Part shown: positions 30,469 to 40,399 of the stretch, in pieces
How positions within the stretch are numbered: position 1 is the first letter of the stretch
Layout of the letters: each line of letters starts with the position of its first letter
Made by a program: the position numbers and the translations under genes
Assembly: GCA_963781585.1 (NCBI GenBank)
Contig: CAWAGQ010000010.1
Coordinates: 224,001-288,000 of the forward strand
Source: an uncultured Gemmatimonadaceae bacterium
GTDB taxonomy: Bacteria; Gemmatimonadota; Gemmatimonadetes; Gemmatimonadales; Gemmatimonadaceae
DNA length: 64,000 nucleotides
Direction: 5' to 3'
The notes under the pieces: model-generated
What the model was told of the DNA's origin: nothing
The model's input: only the letters and a program-made list of their open reading frames with translations
Database searches by the model: none

Positions 30469-30891
30469 ATGTCAGTCACCAGAAAGTCCAGCGCACTGCT
30501 GTGGTCCGTTCAGGGTCTGCTGGCCCTGGTGTTTCTCTTCGCCGGCGGGATGAAGCTCGTGCTTCCGCCAGAGATGCTGAAGGGCCCGATTGCACTGCCG
30601 GGGCTGTTTCTGCGATTCATCGGTGTCTGTGAGACGCTGGGCGCTGCTGGGCTCATCCTGCCAGGCGCGTTGCGGATCCATCGAGCCCTGACGCCGGTCG
30701 CGGCGGTCGGCCTCGTGACGATCATGGTTGGTGCAACCGTGCTCACGGCGGCGGGTATGGGTTTCGTTCCGGCGCTGATTCCCCTGGTGGTGGGACTCCT
30801 CGCGGCCTCGGTCGCTTACGGCCGCCGCGAATGGCTGCGGCTTGGGGTGTCGATCCCGCGCGTCGTCATTCGTCGCGTCAGCAGAGCCTGA
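30469..30891 (+). CDS. DoxX family membrane protein
   Basis: LWSVQGLLALVFLFAGGMKL...FIGVCETLGAAGLILP. Confidence 0.9.
   Translation: MSVTRKSSALLWSVQGLLALVFLFAGGMKLVLPPEMLKGPIALPGLFLRFIGVCETLGAAGLILPGALRIHRALTPVAAVGLVTIMVGATVLTAAGMGFVPALIPLVVGLLAASVAYGRREWLRLGVSIPRVVIRRVSRA
30848..30874 (+). promoter_or_regulatory. ECF42-like promoter upstream of the YciI/DGPF gene
   Basis: TGTCGA-N17-CGTC. Confidence 0.55.
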
Positions 30892-30975
30892 GTATCCCTA
30901 CCCAGGTGGCACCGGGCGTCCGGAGCGCTGAGGCCGACCGGCCATCACTTCCAACCTTCAGACAGTGAGACGAAC

Positions 30976-31428
30976 ATGCGGTTCATGGCGATCGTGAAGG
31001 CGACCAGGGATTCCGAGTCGGGCACGCTGCCTGACGAGAAGCTCCTTGCCGAGATGGGGAAGTTCAACGAAGAGATGGCGAAGGCGGGTGTGCTACTCGC
31101 CGCCGAGGGCCTTCAGCCGAGTTCCAAGGGGGTTCGGGTGAGGTTCGCGGGATCGAAGCGGACCGTGATCGACGGGCCGTTCAGCGAGACCAAGGAACTG
31201 ATCGCGGGTTTCTGGATCATCCAGACGAAGTCGAAGCAGGAGGCGATCGACTGGATCAAGCGCTGCCCGAACCCGTTCCCCGGTCAGGAGTCTGACATCG
31301 AGATCCGCCAGGTCTTCGAAGCGGAGGACTTCGGCGCCGAGTTCACTCCGGAGCTGCGCGAGCAGGAAGAGCGCGTCGGCAGGAAGATGGCGGCGAACGC
31401 AACGGAGGGCGTCGGTACTCACTCCTGA
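30976..31428 (+). CDS. YciI family (DGPF) protein
   Basis: IDGPFSETKELIAGFW. Confidence 0.9.
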   Translation: MRFMAIVKATRDSESGTLPDEKLLAEMGKFNEEMAKAGVLLAAEGLQPSSKGVRVRFAGSKRTVIDGPFSETKELIAGFWIIQTKSKQEAIDWIKRCPNPFPGQESDIEIRQVFEAEDFGAEFTPELREQEERVGRKMAANATEGVGTHS

Positions 31429-31768
31429 CGCAGTGATGCCATGGGACTCGCGCCACCGCGGCCAGCGGTCCCTGCCCGCGGCCCTGTGTCAGGCGGTGGT
31501 GGATGAACTCCACCATGGCATCACCGAACTCCTCGCGAACGTCGGCGGGATAGAGGAGCAGCAGGGCTCTCGGTTTCCCGGCGAAACAACGGCGCGCCCG
31601 GGTTCCGGCCGCGGCTCAACGGCGCACCAGCACAGTGCCGACCTCGAGGACGGTGGGCAGCCCGAGTCGGCGTCACCCCCGGGGTCGAGCCCGCGTGGGA
31701 GGATTTCAATTGCTTGCCACACGGTGCCGAAGGCGACGAGTATTGTCTCACCCCAACAGGAGTGCGCA

Positions 31769-32191
31769 ATGAGACGGATCCTGATAGCGAGCGTTGCCCT
31801 GGCGGCGATGGCGTGCAGCAGCGACAAGTCGACAGGGACGGGGGACAACATTGCGGGGACGTATACCCTGACCAAGGCGGCGGGGAAGGCCCTGCCGTCG
31901 ACGGTCTTCGACGACGGGACCACGCAGCTCATCGTGCTGTCGGGAACCATCACGCTCACGGAGGCCAAGGGCTGGTCGGCGAACCTCAATGTGCGAACCG
32001 TGGAGTCAGGAGACCCACTCGACGAATCGCTGCCGGCGACCGGTACATGGGTGCGGAGCGGGAGCACGATCACGTTCACCGACGCCTCGGACAATTCGAC
32101 CTTTACCGCGACGGTGAGCGGAAAGACGATCACGGCCAACGTGGACGCCGGCCTGCCATCGGGACTGCTCGCGCTGCAGTTCACGAAGTAG
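31769..32191 (+). CDS. Lipocalin-like lipoprotein
   Basis: Lipobox AMAC; IAGTYTL and GTW motifs; AGGAG RBS. Confidence 0.75.
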   Translation: MRRILIASVALAAMACSSDKSTGTGDNIAGTYTLTKAAGKALPSTVFDDGTTQLIVLSGTITLTEAKGWSANLNVRTVESGDPLDESLPATGTWVRSGSTITFTDASDNSTFTATVSGKTITANVDAGLPSGLLALQFTK

Positions 32192-32388
32192 CCGGAGCCG
32201 ATGCGCGGGACCGGTGGCAGCCGGTCCCGCGCGTGCAGCCCCGAAACGTCGACACCGCGTCAATGCGCGAGGGGCTTGCCCAGAACGTCCCGTAGCGCTG
32301 TGCGGAGCGGGCCACTGCCTGCAGCAGGCGATAGAGGGTTAACGATGCAGGCTCAGGACCGAGGAACCGTTCCTTGGTCTCACGGCGC

Positions 32389-33513
32389 TCACCTGACGAT
32401 GCGATACACGACCACGGTCTCGACGTCGTCGGCGTTCCGTCGCACGCCCACCGCGTAGTCGTCGTCGATGTCGAAGAGCCGGACGCCGGGCGGGCTCTGC
32501 AGCCGCCTGACGATTCGTCCGGTGGCGTCGAGGGCGGCGTACGGCACGCCTCCGAGATTGGCATCCTCGCGATACTGCTCCACCCACACGAGACCGGAGC
32601 GGCCCGGAAGCAGTCGCGAGAGTGCGGGAGCCATGTCCTTCCGCTTCGAGACATCGTAGATCAGCCGCAGGCGGTCGCTGCCGGCGGCGGTTCGCGCGGA
32701 GGCCAGGATGCGATCCCGTGCACGCCGCGCGTCGTCCGGCGCGAACGGCCGGTGTGGAAACGGGACGGGAATCCGTGTCGCCAGGGAGCCATTCGCATCG
32801 TAGACGAGGATCTCCTCGCTCTCCGGGATGCCGACCCAGATCCGACTCCCGATCGCCAGAAACGCGGTCCACGGGCGCAATCGATCCAGGGTGCTCTGCA
32901 TACGGGCACTGCCCGGATCGCGGATCGCGAGGTAGGGGACATTCGGGAACCGTCCGATCGTGCGGATCGTCGTTGAGTCGTCTCGCCAAATCCCAACGGT
33001 CGTGGTGTCGCGAAAGAGGGGCTCCTCGCCGGGCTGAGGGAACGGCTGCACCGTGTACGCCAGCCAGCTATGGCCGGAGAGGTGTCCGATGATGGCCATG
33101 CGACCGGGCGCGCCCGTCGGCGCAAACGGAGCGGTGGTCACGTGATCGGCACGCATGTCGAAGACGGTGATGCGGGTGAGCCCGAAGTCGTACGCGAAGA
33201 GGGAGTCGCCCGACTGGCCGAACCAGTAGGGGAACGAGAGCTCTCCGGGACCGCTGCCGCGCCGCGCCACCAGTCGTTCGAATTCTCCCCCGGCCGAGAA
33301 AAGGCGAATCTCGGGAGGCATTACGTTGACCACTGCAATCTCGCCACTCGACAGTCGCGTCACGCCGACCACGTCATTGAACTGGGAGGACGGATCCGCG
33401 CCCTCGCCGATGGTGACGACCGGGTCGGCGCCGAGGGTCAGCGTCTGCGCACCGGACGTGGTCATGGCTACGAGGAGACTTCCCACTATCACACTCAAAA
33501 GACCAGTCTTCAT
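32389..33513 (-). CDS. Secreted beta-propeller-like protein (6-bladed family)
   Basis: Signal peptide; RRGSGPGEL; C-terminal DDVETVVVYRI. Confidence 0.75.
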   Translation of the reverse strand: MKTGLLSVIVGSLLVAMTTSGAQTLTLGADPVVTIGEGADPSSQFNDVVGVTRLSSGEIAVVNVMPPEIRLFSAGGEFERLVARRGSGPGELSFPYWFGQSGDSLFAYDFGLTRITVFDMRADHVTTAPFAPTGAPGRMAIIGHLSGHSWLAYTVQPFPQPGEEPLFRDTTTVGIWRDDSTTIRTIGRFPNVPYLAIRDPGSARMQSTLDRLRPWTAFLAIGSRIWVGIPESEEILVYDANGSLATRIPVPFPHRPFAPDDARRARDRILASARTAAGSDRLRLIYDVSKRKDMAPALSRLLPGRSGLVWVEQYREDANLGGVPYAALDATGRIVRRLQSPPGVRLFDIDDDYAVGVRRNADDVETVVVYRIVR

Positions 33514-33581
33514 GGACGAATCCTCGCTGTGCGGCCTGATCTCCTGCGGATGGAACGGACAAGACGAATGACGCGTATCGA

Positions 33582-33682
33582 GCGGTAAAGGGATAAAGCG
33601 GATAAAGCGGATAAAGCGGATAAAGCGGCTAAAGGGAAAAGCGGATAAAGCGGATAAAGCGGATGCGGCGGATAGAGCTGAT
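33582..33682. repeat. 9-bp tandem repeat GCGGATAAA (5 perfect plus several degenerate copies)
   Basis: Read directly; lies in a divergent intergenic region. Confidence 0.9.
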
Positions 33683-33729
33683 CGCTCAGAGCTGACAACT
33701 GATATGACTACTAACCGAGGTTCCTTCGA

Positions 33730-34209
33730 ATGATCATCGGGATGCATGTCCTGGTGTACTCGCGCAAGGCCGACGAGGCGCGCGCCTTCTTCCGTGACAT
33801 ACTGGACCTGCCGTGCGTGGACGCGGGCGAGGGATGGCTCATCTTCAAGGCGCCACCGGCGGAGCTCGCTGTCCATCCTGCCGGTGCAGACGAGGCGACG
33901 GAGTCATCCGACGACATCGGGTGCGACCTGTATCTGATGTGCGATGACATTCGCGCCACGATCGACCAGCTCCGGAAGAAGGGAGTGGAGATCACGCGCG
34001 AAGTCACGGACCAGGGGTACGGGCTGTTCACCGCGCTGCGATTCCCCGGGGGCGGCAATCTCGGCTTGTACGAACCGCGTCACCCGACGGCGTTGCGTCT
34101 TGCGGCGGCTCCGACGCTCAGGAAACGGGCCTCGGCGCGGCGTTCCGTCACGGCGAAGCGCGGGGCACGTAAGGTCCCGAGGAAGTCGGCGAAGAAACGA
34201 AGGCGATAA
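33730..34209 (+). CDS. VOC/glyoxalase family protein with basic tail
   Basis: ARAFFRDIL, GWLIFKAPPAELAVHP, GLYEPRHP. Confidence 0.85.
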   Translation: MIIGMHVLVYSRKADEARAFFRDILDLPCVDAGEGWLIFKAPPAELAVHPAGADEATESSDDIGCDLYLMCDDIRATIDQLRKKGVEITREVTDQGYGLFTALRFPGGGNLGLYEPRHPTALRLAAAPTLRKRASARRSVTAKRGARKVPRKSAKKRRR

Positions 34210-34262
34210 ACGGCTCGATTGCCTGTGCGCCGCCCCCCTGAGAGCTTTCGGAGGAGCCGACC

Positions 34263-35318
34263 ATGTACGCGACCTGTCTCTTCTGCAACGGCGCGCTCGG
34301 AGCGAACGAGGCCCTCGAGACCTTCCCCGTGGGTCAGCGCCTGGCGTTCGACACCGCGAGAGGACGCCTCTGGGTGGTGTGTCCGCGGTGCGAGCGCTGG
34401 AACCTCACGCCCCTCGAGGAGCGATGGGAGGCGATCGAGCAGGCGGAGAAGCTCTATCGCGACACACGCCGCCGCGTCGCGACCGACAATATCGGCTTGG
34501 CCAAGCTCCGTGACGGAACGACGCTGGTGCGCATCGGGGAACCACTCCGTCCAGAGTTTGCCGCGTGGCGGTACGGTGACCAGTTCGGGCGGCGACGGCG
34601 GCGACAGGCACTGATCGTCGCGGGTGGGATCGCCGGCCTGGGCGCGCTTGTGGTAGGTGGCGCCGTGGCCGGAGCGGGCATTGGTGGGTTCGGATGGATC
34701 ATCGCGCAATCCGGATCGCGGATTGTCTCCGGTAGTCCCGAGCGCGTGGTGGCGAGGATCAGGACGGAAGATGGGCGGGTGCTGTCGGTGCGGCGACGGC
34801 ACCTCGGGGAGACTGTTCTATCCCGTGCAGACGACGGTTCACTGGCGCTCGATCTGCGCTTCAAGAACGGCAAGGCACGGTTCGAGGGGAAGGAGGCACA
34901 GCGCATCGCGTCGATCGTGGTGCCCAAGGTCAATCGCTTCGGTGGGAACAAGCGTGCGGTCGCGGATGCGGTGCAGGAAATCGAGGCCATGGGCAGCGCT
35001 GAGGGATTCCTCGACCGGCTGACACAAACGTCGCACATCTACACTCGAGCCCTGGTGCCGCCGCGGAGGTCGTGGTTCCGCGACAACTCCAGCAACTTCA
35101 CGAAGCACGGTCTGTACGGCCTGCCCGGACCCCAGCGCCTGGCGCTCGAGATGGCGCTGCACGAGGAGGCCGAGCGGCGGGCCATGCAGGGCGAGCTCAT
35201 GGAACTCGAGACCGCGTGGCGCGACGCCGAGGAGATCGCGGCGATCTCGGATGATCTTCTGTTGCCCGCCGGCATAGACGCGGCGATTCGCAGGATGAAG
35301 GAGACGGGGACGGGCTGA
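34263..35318 (+). CDS. Hypothetical membrane-anchored protein with N-terminal CxxC...CxxC
   Basis: CLFC and CPRC, one hydrophobic hairpin; GGAGGAG RBS. Confidence 0.75.
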   Translation: MYATCLFCNGALGANEALETFPVGQRLAFDTARGRLWVVCPRCERWNLTPLEERWEAIEQAEKLYRDTRRRVATDNIGLAKLRDGTTLVRIGEPLRPEFAAWRYGDQFGRRRRRQALIVAGGIAGLGALVVGGAVAGAGIGGFGWIIAQSGSRIVSGSPERVVARIRTEDGRVLSVRRRHLGETVLSRADDGSLALDLRFKNGKARFEGKEAQRIASIVVPKVNRFGGNKRAVADAVQEIEAMGSAEGFLDRLTQTSHIYTRALVPPRRSWFRDNSSNFTKHGLYGLPGPQRLALEMALHEEAERRAMQGELMELETAWRDAEEIAAISDDLLLPAGIDAAIRRMKETGTG

Positions 35319-35357
35319 ACCTGGTGCGGTGGACCCGGTGAAGGGCGCCGATGCCTT

Positions 35358-35702
35358 CTAACTGGCCTGCTGTTTCCGGCGGTACATCCAGCTCACGAGA
35401 AAGAGCGCGCCGATGAGGAACAACGGACCCGAGATTACCGGAATCCATCTCGGATGGTCGAGACTCGACAGCAGATAGGCCAGACCCAGTCCACCGAACA
35501 GGATAATCCCGGTCCACTCCCAGCGCCACGCGACCACCAGGGCCACCAGCGCGACGGCGGCGGGGATGAGATGCATGGCGAGTGCGGTCAACGTTTCCCC
35601 GAGCCCGGAGTATTCGCCGAACACATCCAGCGAAAAGACTGCAAGGAACGTGACGAACAGCAGTCCCAGTGTCCGCGGCAGCCAGAGCAGAGAACGATTC
35701 AC
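35358..35702 (-). CDS. Small four-TM hypothetical membrane protein
   Basis: WLPRTLGLLF...FSLDVF...MHLIP; GTG start after GAGGTG. Confidence 0.7.
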   Translation of the reverse strand: MNRSLLWLPRTLGLLFVTFLAVFSLDVFGEYSGLGETLTALAMHLIPAAVALVALVVAWRWEWTGIILFGGLGLAYLLSSLDHPRWIPVISGPLFLIGALFLVSWMYRRKQQAS

Positions 35703-35817
35703 GACCGCACCTCGATCGACGATTGTCGAAGTTTTGATGAGGACTGCGCCGTCCCCGTTCCGCACGGGTGTCCAGCCAGTCAGATTGCCGTTTACATCCT
35801 TGAGATACGGAGCTTCC

Positions 35818-37041
35818 ATGCGCGGTGTTTCGGTTCTGGTGGGTCTGGGCGCGATACTCCTCATTGGCAGCGGCGCGGGATCGCAGCCGCCCAGCGGTGG
35901 CCGCCAGGGCGGGCGGGGCGGACGGGGCACGGCGATCCAGCCCGGAGAATCCTGCCCGGCTGGCATGACCGAGATCCGGCCTCGCCGGTGCATGGCCCCG
36001 GAGTTCCCGGTGCCCAGCATCGTGGACTATCGTCCGCGCTCGACGCTCGTGACGCCGGTGCACATGGTGAAGACCGCGAAGTATCCGGCGATCGACTTTC
36101 ACGGGCACCCGCAGGGCCTGCTCAGTTCGACCGACGGCCTGGCGACGCTCGGCGCGGCCCTCGACAGCCTGAACGTTCGGCTCATGGTCTCGGCCGACAA
36201 CCTGTCGGGCGAGCGGCTGCAGCGCGCGCTGGACGCGATCAAGACATCGCCAGAGAAGGATCGCGTCCGCGTACTGGCGGGCATCGACTTCCGCAACGTG
36301 GGGTCGGGATGGGCGGAAAAGGCGGTCGCCCAGCTGGACGCGGATATCGCTGCCGGCGCCGTGGGCGTTGGGGAGATTTCGAAGAGCCTGGGGCTGTCGA
36401 TCCGCAAGCCCGACGGCTCCCGCCTTCGCATCGACGACCCCGAGCTCGATCCGATCTGGGACGAGTGCGCGCGACTCGGCATCCCCGTCTTCATTCACAC
36501 CGCCGACCCGGAGCAGTTCTTCGAGCCGATCGACTACAGCAACGAGCGCTGGCTCGAGCTGTCACTGTTCTCCGACCGTCGTTATCCGCCCGACAAATAT
36601 CCGCGGTTCGACGAGCTGATGACGGAGCGCGACAACCTGTTCCGCAAGCATCCGAAGACGACGTTCGTGGCCGCGCACATGGGCTGGTACGCCAACGACC
36701 TGGCGCGCCTGGGGAAGCTGCTGACGGAGATGCCTAACGTGTACACCGAGGTCGGGGCGGTGCTGTACGACATCGGGCGGCAGCCGCGCGCCGCCCACGA
36801 CTTCTTCGTCAGGTTCCAGGATCGGATCCTGTTCGGGAAGGACTCGTTCCAGCCCGAGGAGTATCCGTACTACTGGCGTGTGTTCGAGACGGCCGACGAG
36901 TACTTCGACTACTACCGGGACTATCACGCGTTCTGGAAGCTGTACGGCATCGATCTGCCCGACAGCGTGCTGAAGAAAGTCTACTATCAGAACGCGCTCA
37001 AGATCACGCGGAGGCTGCCCCAGGCAGGGTGGCCGAAGTAG
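35818..37041 (+). CDS. Secreted amidohydrolase family protein
   Basis: IDFHGH, IHTADP, AAHMG, ILFGKD metal-ligand motifs. Confidence 0.85.
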   Translation: MRGVSVLVGLGAILLIGSGAGSQPPSGGRQGGRGGRGTAIQPGESCPAGMTEIRPRRCMAPEFPVPSIVDYRPRSTLVTPVHMVKTAKYPAIDFHGHPQGLLSSTDGLATLGAALDSLNVRLMVSADNLSGERLQRALDAIKTSPEKDRVRVLAGIDFRNVGSGWAEKAVAQLDADIAAGAVGVGEISKSLGLSIRKPDGSRLRIDDPELDPIWDECARLGIPVFIHTADPEQFFEPIDYSNERWLELSLFSDRRYPPDKYPRFDELMTERDNLFRKHPKTTFVAAHMGWYANDLARLGKLLTEMPNVYTEVGAVLYDIGRQPRAAHDFFVRFQDRILFGKDSFQPEEYPYYWRVFETADEYFDYYRDYHAFWKLYGIDLPDSVLKKVYYQNALKITRRLPQAGWPK

Positions 37042-37104
37042 GCCAAAGGCCAAGCAGGGTCAAAGACCAAGGTCAAAGGCCAGGGTCAAAGGCCAAAGGT
37101 CAAA
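37041..37104. repeat. Degenerate heptamer array GG(T/C)CAAA
   Basis: About 9 units immediately after the amidohydrolase stop codon. Confidence 0.8.
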
Positions 37105-37176
37105 CTCGTCGGGGATTCCTTTACGCGGCCCAGCAGAAACCACCTGGCAAACTTCCTCGCATCCCCGACGTGAGAA

Positions 37177-37192
37177 GCATCGGCGCCGATGC
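37177..37192. promoter_or_regulatory. Perfect 16-bp palindrome upstream of nirK (putative operator)
   Basis: GCATCGGCGCCGATGC. Confidence 0.4.
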
Positions 37193-37236
37193 ATCATGCC
37201 TTCCGAGAATGGTCCCTTCGCAACTCGGAGGTCACG

Positions 37237-38274
37237 ATGGTCTCCCGCAGGATTCTGCTTGTTGCCCTCGGCGCGGCGGCGCTTGGCGCGGGCGCGGTGG
37301 CGCTGGTGGCGGCGCAACACAGCGATCGCGTCGACGTCATCAACTTTGACAGCAGCGTTCGCGCCACAGTGCCGGCATACGATGCGCGCGTACAACCGGT
37401 CGGCCGCGCAAACGTTCACGAGTTTCGCATCCCGATCAAGGACGCCACGCTCGAGATAGCCAGCGGCGCCACTTATCAGGGATGGACCTTCGGTGGTACG
37501 GTACCGGGACCGGTGCTCCGCGTGCGCGAGGGCGATCGCGTGAAAGTGAAGGTCGTGAACGAGTCGCCAATGGTTCACTCGATCGACTTTCACGCGGCGC
37601 AGATCCCGTGGAACGTTGCCTATCGCTCCATCAATCCGCGGGATTCGCTGAGCTTCGAGTTCACGCCGCGCTACGCGGGCGTGTTCATGGTCCACTGCGG
37701 CACGCCTCCCGTCACCATGCACATCATGCAGGGGATGTACATGGCCATCATCGTCGATCCGAAGAACGGATGGCCCACGAAGGCCGACAAGGAATTCGTG
37801 ATCGTCCAGAGCGAGTTCTACGCGCAGCCGGGCGACACGACCAGCGTGAGCGGGACGGTGACGCCGCCGATGCAACCCGATTGGCGTGCGGCCATGGCGA
37901 AGAACGCCACCTACGTCGTGTTCAATGGGCGCGCGCTGCAGTACAAGGACCATCCGCTCCGGGTCGACGTCGGCGACCGCGTGCGGTTCTTCGTGGTGAA
38001 CGCCGGCCCCAGTCTGAACAGTGACTTTCACATCGTCGGGGCGATTTTCGATCGCGTCTATCCCGATGGTGACGCCGGACGACCCCTGGAGGGAGTGCAG
38101 ACGTACATGGTGCCGGCCGGCGGTGGTGCCGTGTTCGAGGCGGTCTTCGACCGGGACGGGAGTGGTGAAGGTCTGTATCCATTCGTGACCCACAGTTTTG
38201 CCGATGCCGAGAAGGGTGCGATGGGCTTCATCCAGGTGGGAGGGCCCAAGCTGATCGCCGGCGCATCGCGGTAG
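37237..38274 (+). CDS. nirK: Copper-containing nitrite reductase
   Basis: Signal peptide; HSIDFH, HC-x7-H-x4-M type-1 Cu site, FHIVG, YPFVTHS. Confidence 0.75.
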   Translation: MVSRRILLVALGAAALGAGAVALVAAQHSDRVDVINFDSSVRATVPAYDARVQPVGRANVHEFRIPIKDATLEIASGATYQGWTFGGTVPGPVLRVREGDRVKVKVVNESPMVHSIDFHAAQIPWNVAYRSINPRDSLSFEFTPRYAGVFMVHCGTPPVTMHIMQGMYMAIIVDPKNGWPTKADKEFVIVQSEFYAQPGDTTSVSGTVTPPMQPDWRAAMAKNATYVVFNGRALQYKDHPLRVDVGDRVRFFVVNAGPSLNSDFHIVGAIFDRVYPDGDAGRPLEGVQTYMVPAGGGAVFEAVFDRDGSGEGLYPFVTHSFADAEKGAMGFIQVGGPKLIAGASR

Positions 38275-38332
38275 CCCGTGGTGACGCGGGGAGGGTCATA
38301 TCATGCGTCGTGATCCCGGAGTCGGGGCCGCC

Positions 38333-38989
38333 GTGCCGCGAGCGATCATGGGCTTTCATCAGGATGAGGAGAGCCAGTGGGTGGCTGACCTCGAGTGTGG
38401 CCACACCCAGCACGTGCGGCATGATCCTCCCTGGCAGAGCCGGTCATGGGTGACCACGGCCGGTGGACGCGCCACGCGCATCGGAACCTCGCTCGAATGC
38501 GTTACCTGCGTGACGGAATCGGCCGACGCGGCGAGCCGGGTGATGGACGCGCTGCGCCGGATCGTTCGCGCGCTCCGCGCATCGAGCAGCGCGAGTGAAC
38601 AGCGTCTTGGGGTGTCGTCCGCGCAGCTGTTCGTGCTGCGACAGATCGTAACGAATCCCGGGACCTCGGTCGGCGAGCTGGCCGCACGCACCCTGACGTC
38701 GCAGAGCTCCGTCTCCGAGGTGGTCGCGCGGCTTGTCGCTCGCGGTCTGGTGGATCGGCGCGCCTCACCCGACGATCGCCGCCGCACGGAATTGCTCGCC
38801 AACCCGCAGGCGAAAGTGGTTCTTCACGACGCGGCTGACACGGCGCAGGAGCGGTTGATCGCCGGCCTCGCCACGCTTCCGTCGGAGGACCGTGCGGCAC
38901 TTGTTCGTACAATGGAGGCGTGGCTCGCCGCGTCCGATTTGCACGCCGTGCCGCCCACGATGTTCTTCGAACCCGAAGACGGAACGTGA
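38333..38989 (+). CDS. DUF3565-like domain fused to a MarR-family regulator
   Basis: GFHQDEE-x-WVADLECGHTQHVRH...CVTC in frame with a winged helix (SSAQLFVLR...DDRRR); start 38303 or 38333. Confidence 0.7.
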   Translation: MPRAIMGFHQDEESQWVADLECGHTQHVRHDPPWQSRSWVTTAGGRATRIGTSLECVTCVTESADAASRVMDALRRIVRALRASSSASEQRLGVSSAQLFVLRQIVTNPGTSVGELAARTLTSQSSVSEVVARLVARGLVDRRASPDDRRRTELLANPQAKVVLHDAADTAQERLIAGLATLPSEDRAALVRTMEAWLAASDLHAVPPTMFFEPEDGT

Positions 38990-39052
38990 TTCTGTCCGCT
39001 CGGTCGACAATGGCCAGTACATGCGGGAGACTTGATTCCCACCACGTCCGGG

Positions 39053-40399
39053 TCAGGGCGGGAGCGGCACCGCCAACAGAACCGGTGCCATGAGTCGCGC
39101 GCCAGGCTTGAGTACGCCGTCGTCGCGGTACTTCTCCCAGTGGCTGTTCGCGACGTATACGAATTCGCCGTTGACCACCGCACCGATGGTGGGTTCGTCG
39201 GCCACTGCCAGGTTGCGATCGAGGACGTCGGAACGGGTGATGCGCGTACCAGCCGGGTCGAGCACGAATCGCACGATCCGCGGCGGAATGACGCCGTTCT
39301 GGACCGCGATGATCGTGCCCCGGTCCCAGGCAATCCCGTCGCAACCGAGAGAAGTGGAATGCGGCGCGTCGTCGAGCCGGATCACGTCGCCCGATCGGAG
39401 ATCCACGCGCAGCAACCCGTGTGAGTAGTCGGCCAGATAGAGGAAGCGGCCGTCTGGTGTGGGCGCCAGTCCCTGCAGAGAGCGAAAGAGCGGACTGCGG
39501 ATGGCCTCGAGCGTGTCGGCGTCCGGGCGCAGGCGGTACAGCACCGGGTCGTCGGAGTCGGTCGTGAACACATCGCCATTCGGGCCCAGCGCCAGGTCGC
39601 CAAGGACATGGTGTGCCCCGGCGGGCAAGTCGAATCGCTGCTCGATGCGACCGGTTGACGGATCTACGCGCACCAGGGCGGCGATCGTCGAGTCGGCCGG
39701 CAGATAGCCGTCCATCTGTGGAATGCCCGCGAGGGTGGCCCACAGCGCGTCCCGCAGGGTGTCCACGCGTACGCCGAGGACCGCCCCGATGCCTGCGCGA
39801 TTGCGCGGCCAGAGTTCGCGCGCCGGGCCTTCCGGCATCACCACGGCGATCGTGCGATGTCGCACGCTGGCCACGAAGAAGCGTCCGCTGCGCGGGTCCG
39901 CGTCCATTCCTTCCGGCCAGAACGTCGGGTCTGCGAGGCGTGCGCGAATCCGGCTCCGCACGATGGGCTCGCGATTGGCGTCGAGTTGGGCCACCACTGG
40001 TGCGAATTCCGGACGGCCCAGGTAGGCAGTCAGGGCGGCGTCGGCGTGCGCATCGCGTCCGAGGCCTAACGCCGCATACGCGGAGAGCGCCTCGAGCACC
40101 GCGGCCGTGTCCCCGCCGAGCGCCGCGGCGTCGGCGCGACCCCAGACGTACGCCTGCTGCGTCGGCCAGGCCGCCGCGGCGCGGTCGAGTTCCCGTCGCG
40201 CGGAGGCCACGTCACGCGCCTGCAGGTCCTTGCGGCTCCGCGCCCATGCGGCACGGGCGACCGCCGCCGATTCCGCAGGGGCGGCCACATCCGGTTGCTG
40301 CGCCTTCAGCGGTGCGCCGAGCCATGCCAGGACGGCGAGACTCGCGCCCCGGGCATAACGCGATCCCGGGAACACGTCAGCGTATCGGAAACTGGGCAT
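39053..40399 (-). CDS. Secreted SMP-30/gluconolactonase-like beta-propeller protein with N-terminal helical part
   Basis: WPEGMD, LGVRVD, GDLAL, SLQGLA, CDGI blades. Confidence 0.75.
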   Translation of the reverse strand: MPSFRYADVFPGSRYARGASLAVLAWLGAPLKAQQPDVAAPAESAAVARAAWARSRKDLQARDVASARRELDRAAAAWPTQQAYVWGRADAAALGGDTAAVLEALSAYAALGLGRDAHADAALTAYLGRPEFAPVVAQLDANREPIVRSRIRARLADPTFWPEGMDADPRSGRFFVASVRHRTIAVVMPEGPARELWPRNRAGIGAVLGVRVDTLRDALWATLAGIPQMDGYLPADSTIAALVRVDPSTGRIEQRFDLPAGAHHVLGDLALGPNGDVFTTDSDDPVLYRLRPDADTLEAIRSPLFRSLQGLAPTPDGRFLYLADYSHGLLRVDLRSGDVIRLDDAPHSTSLGCDGIAWDRGTIIAVQNGVIPPRIVRFVLDPAGTRITRSDVLDRNLAVADEPTIGAVVNGEFVYVANSHWEKYRDDGVLKPGARLMAPVLLAVPLPP

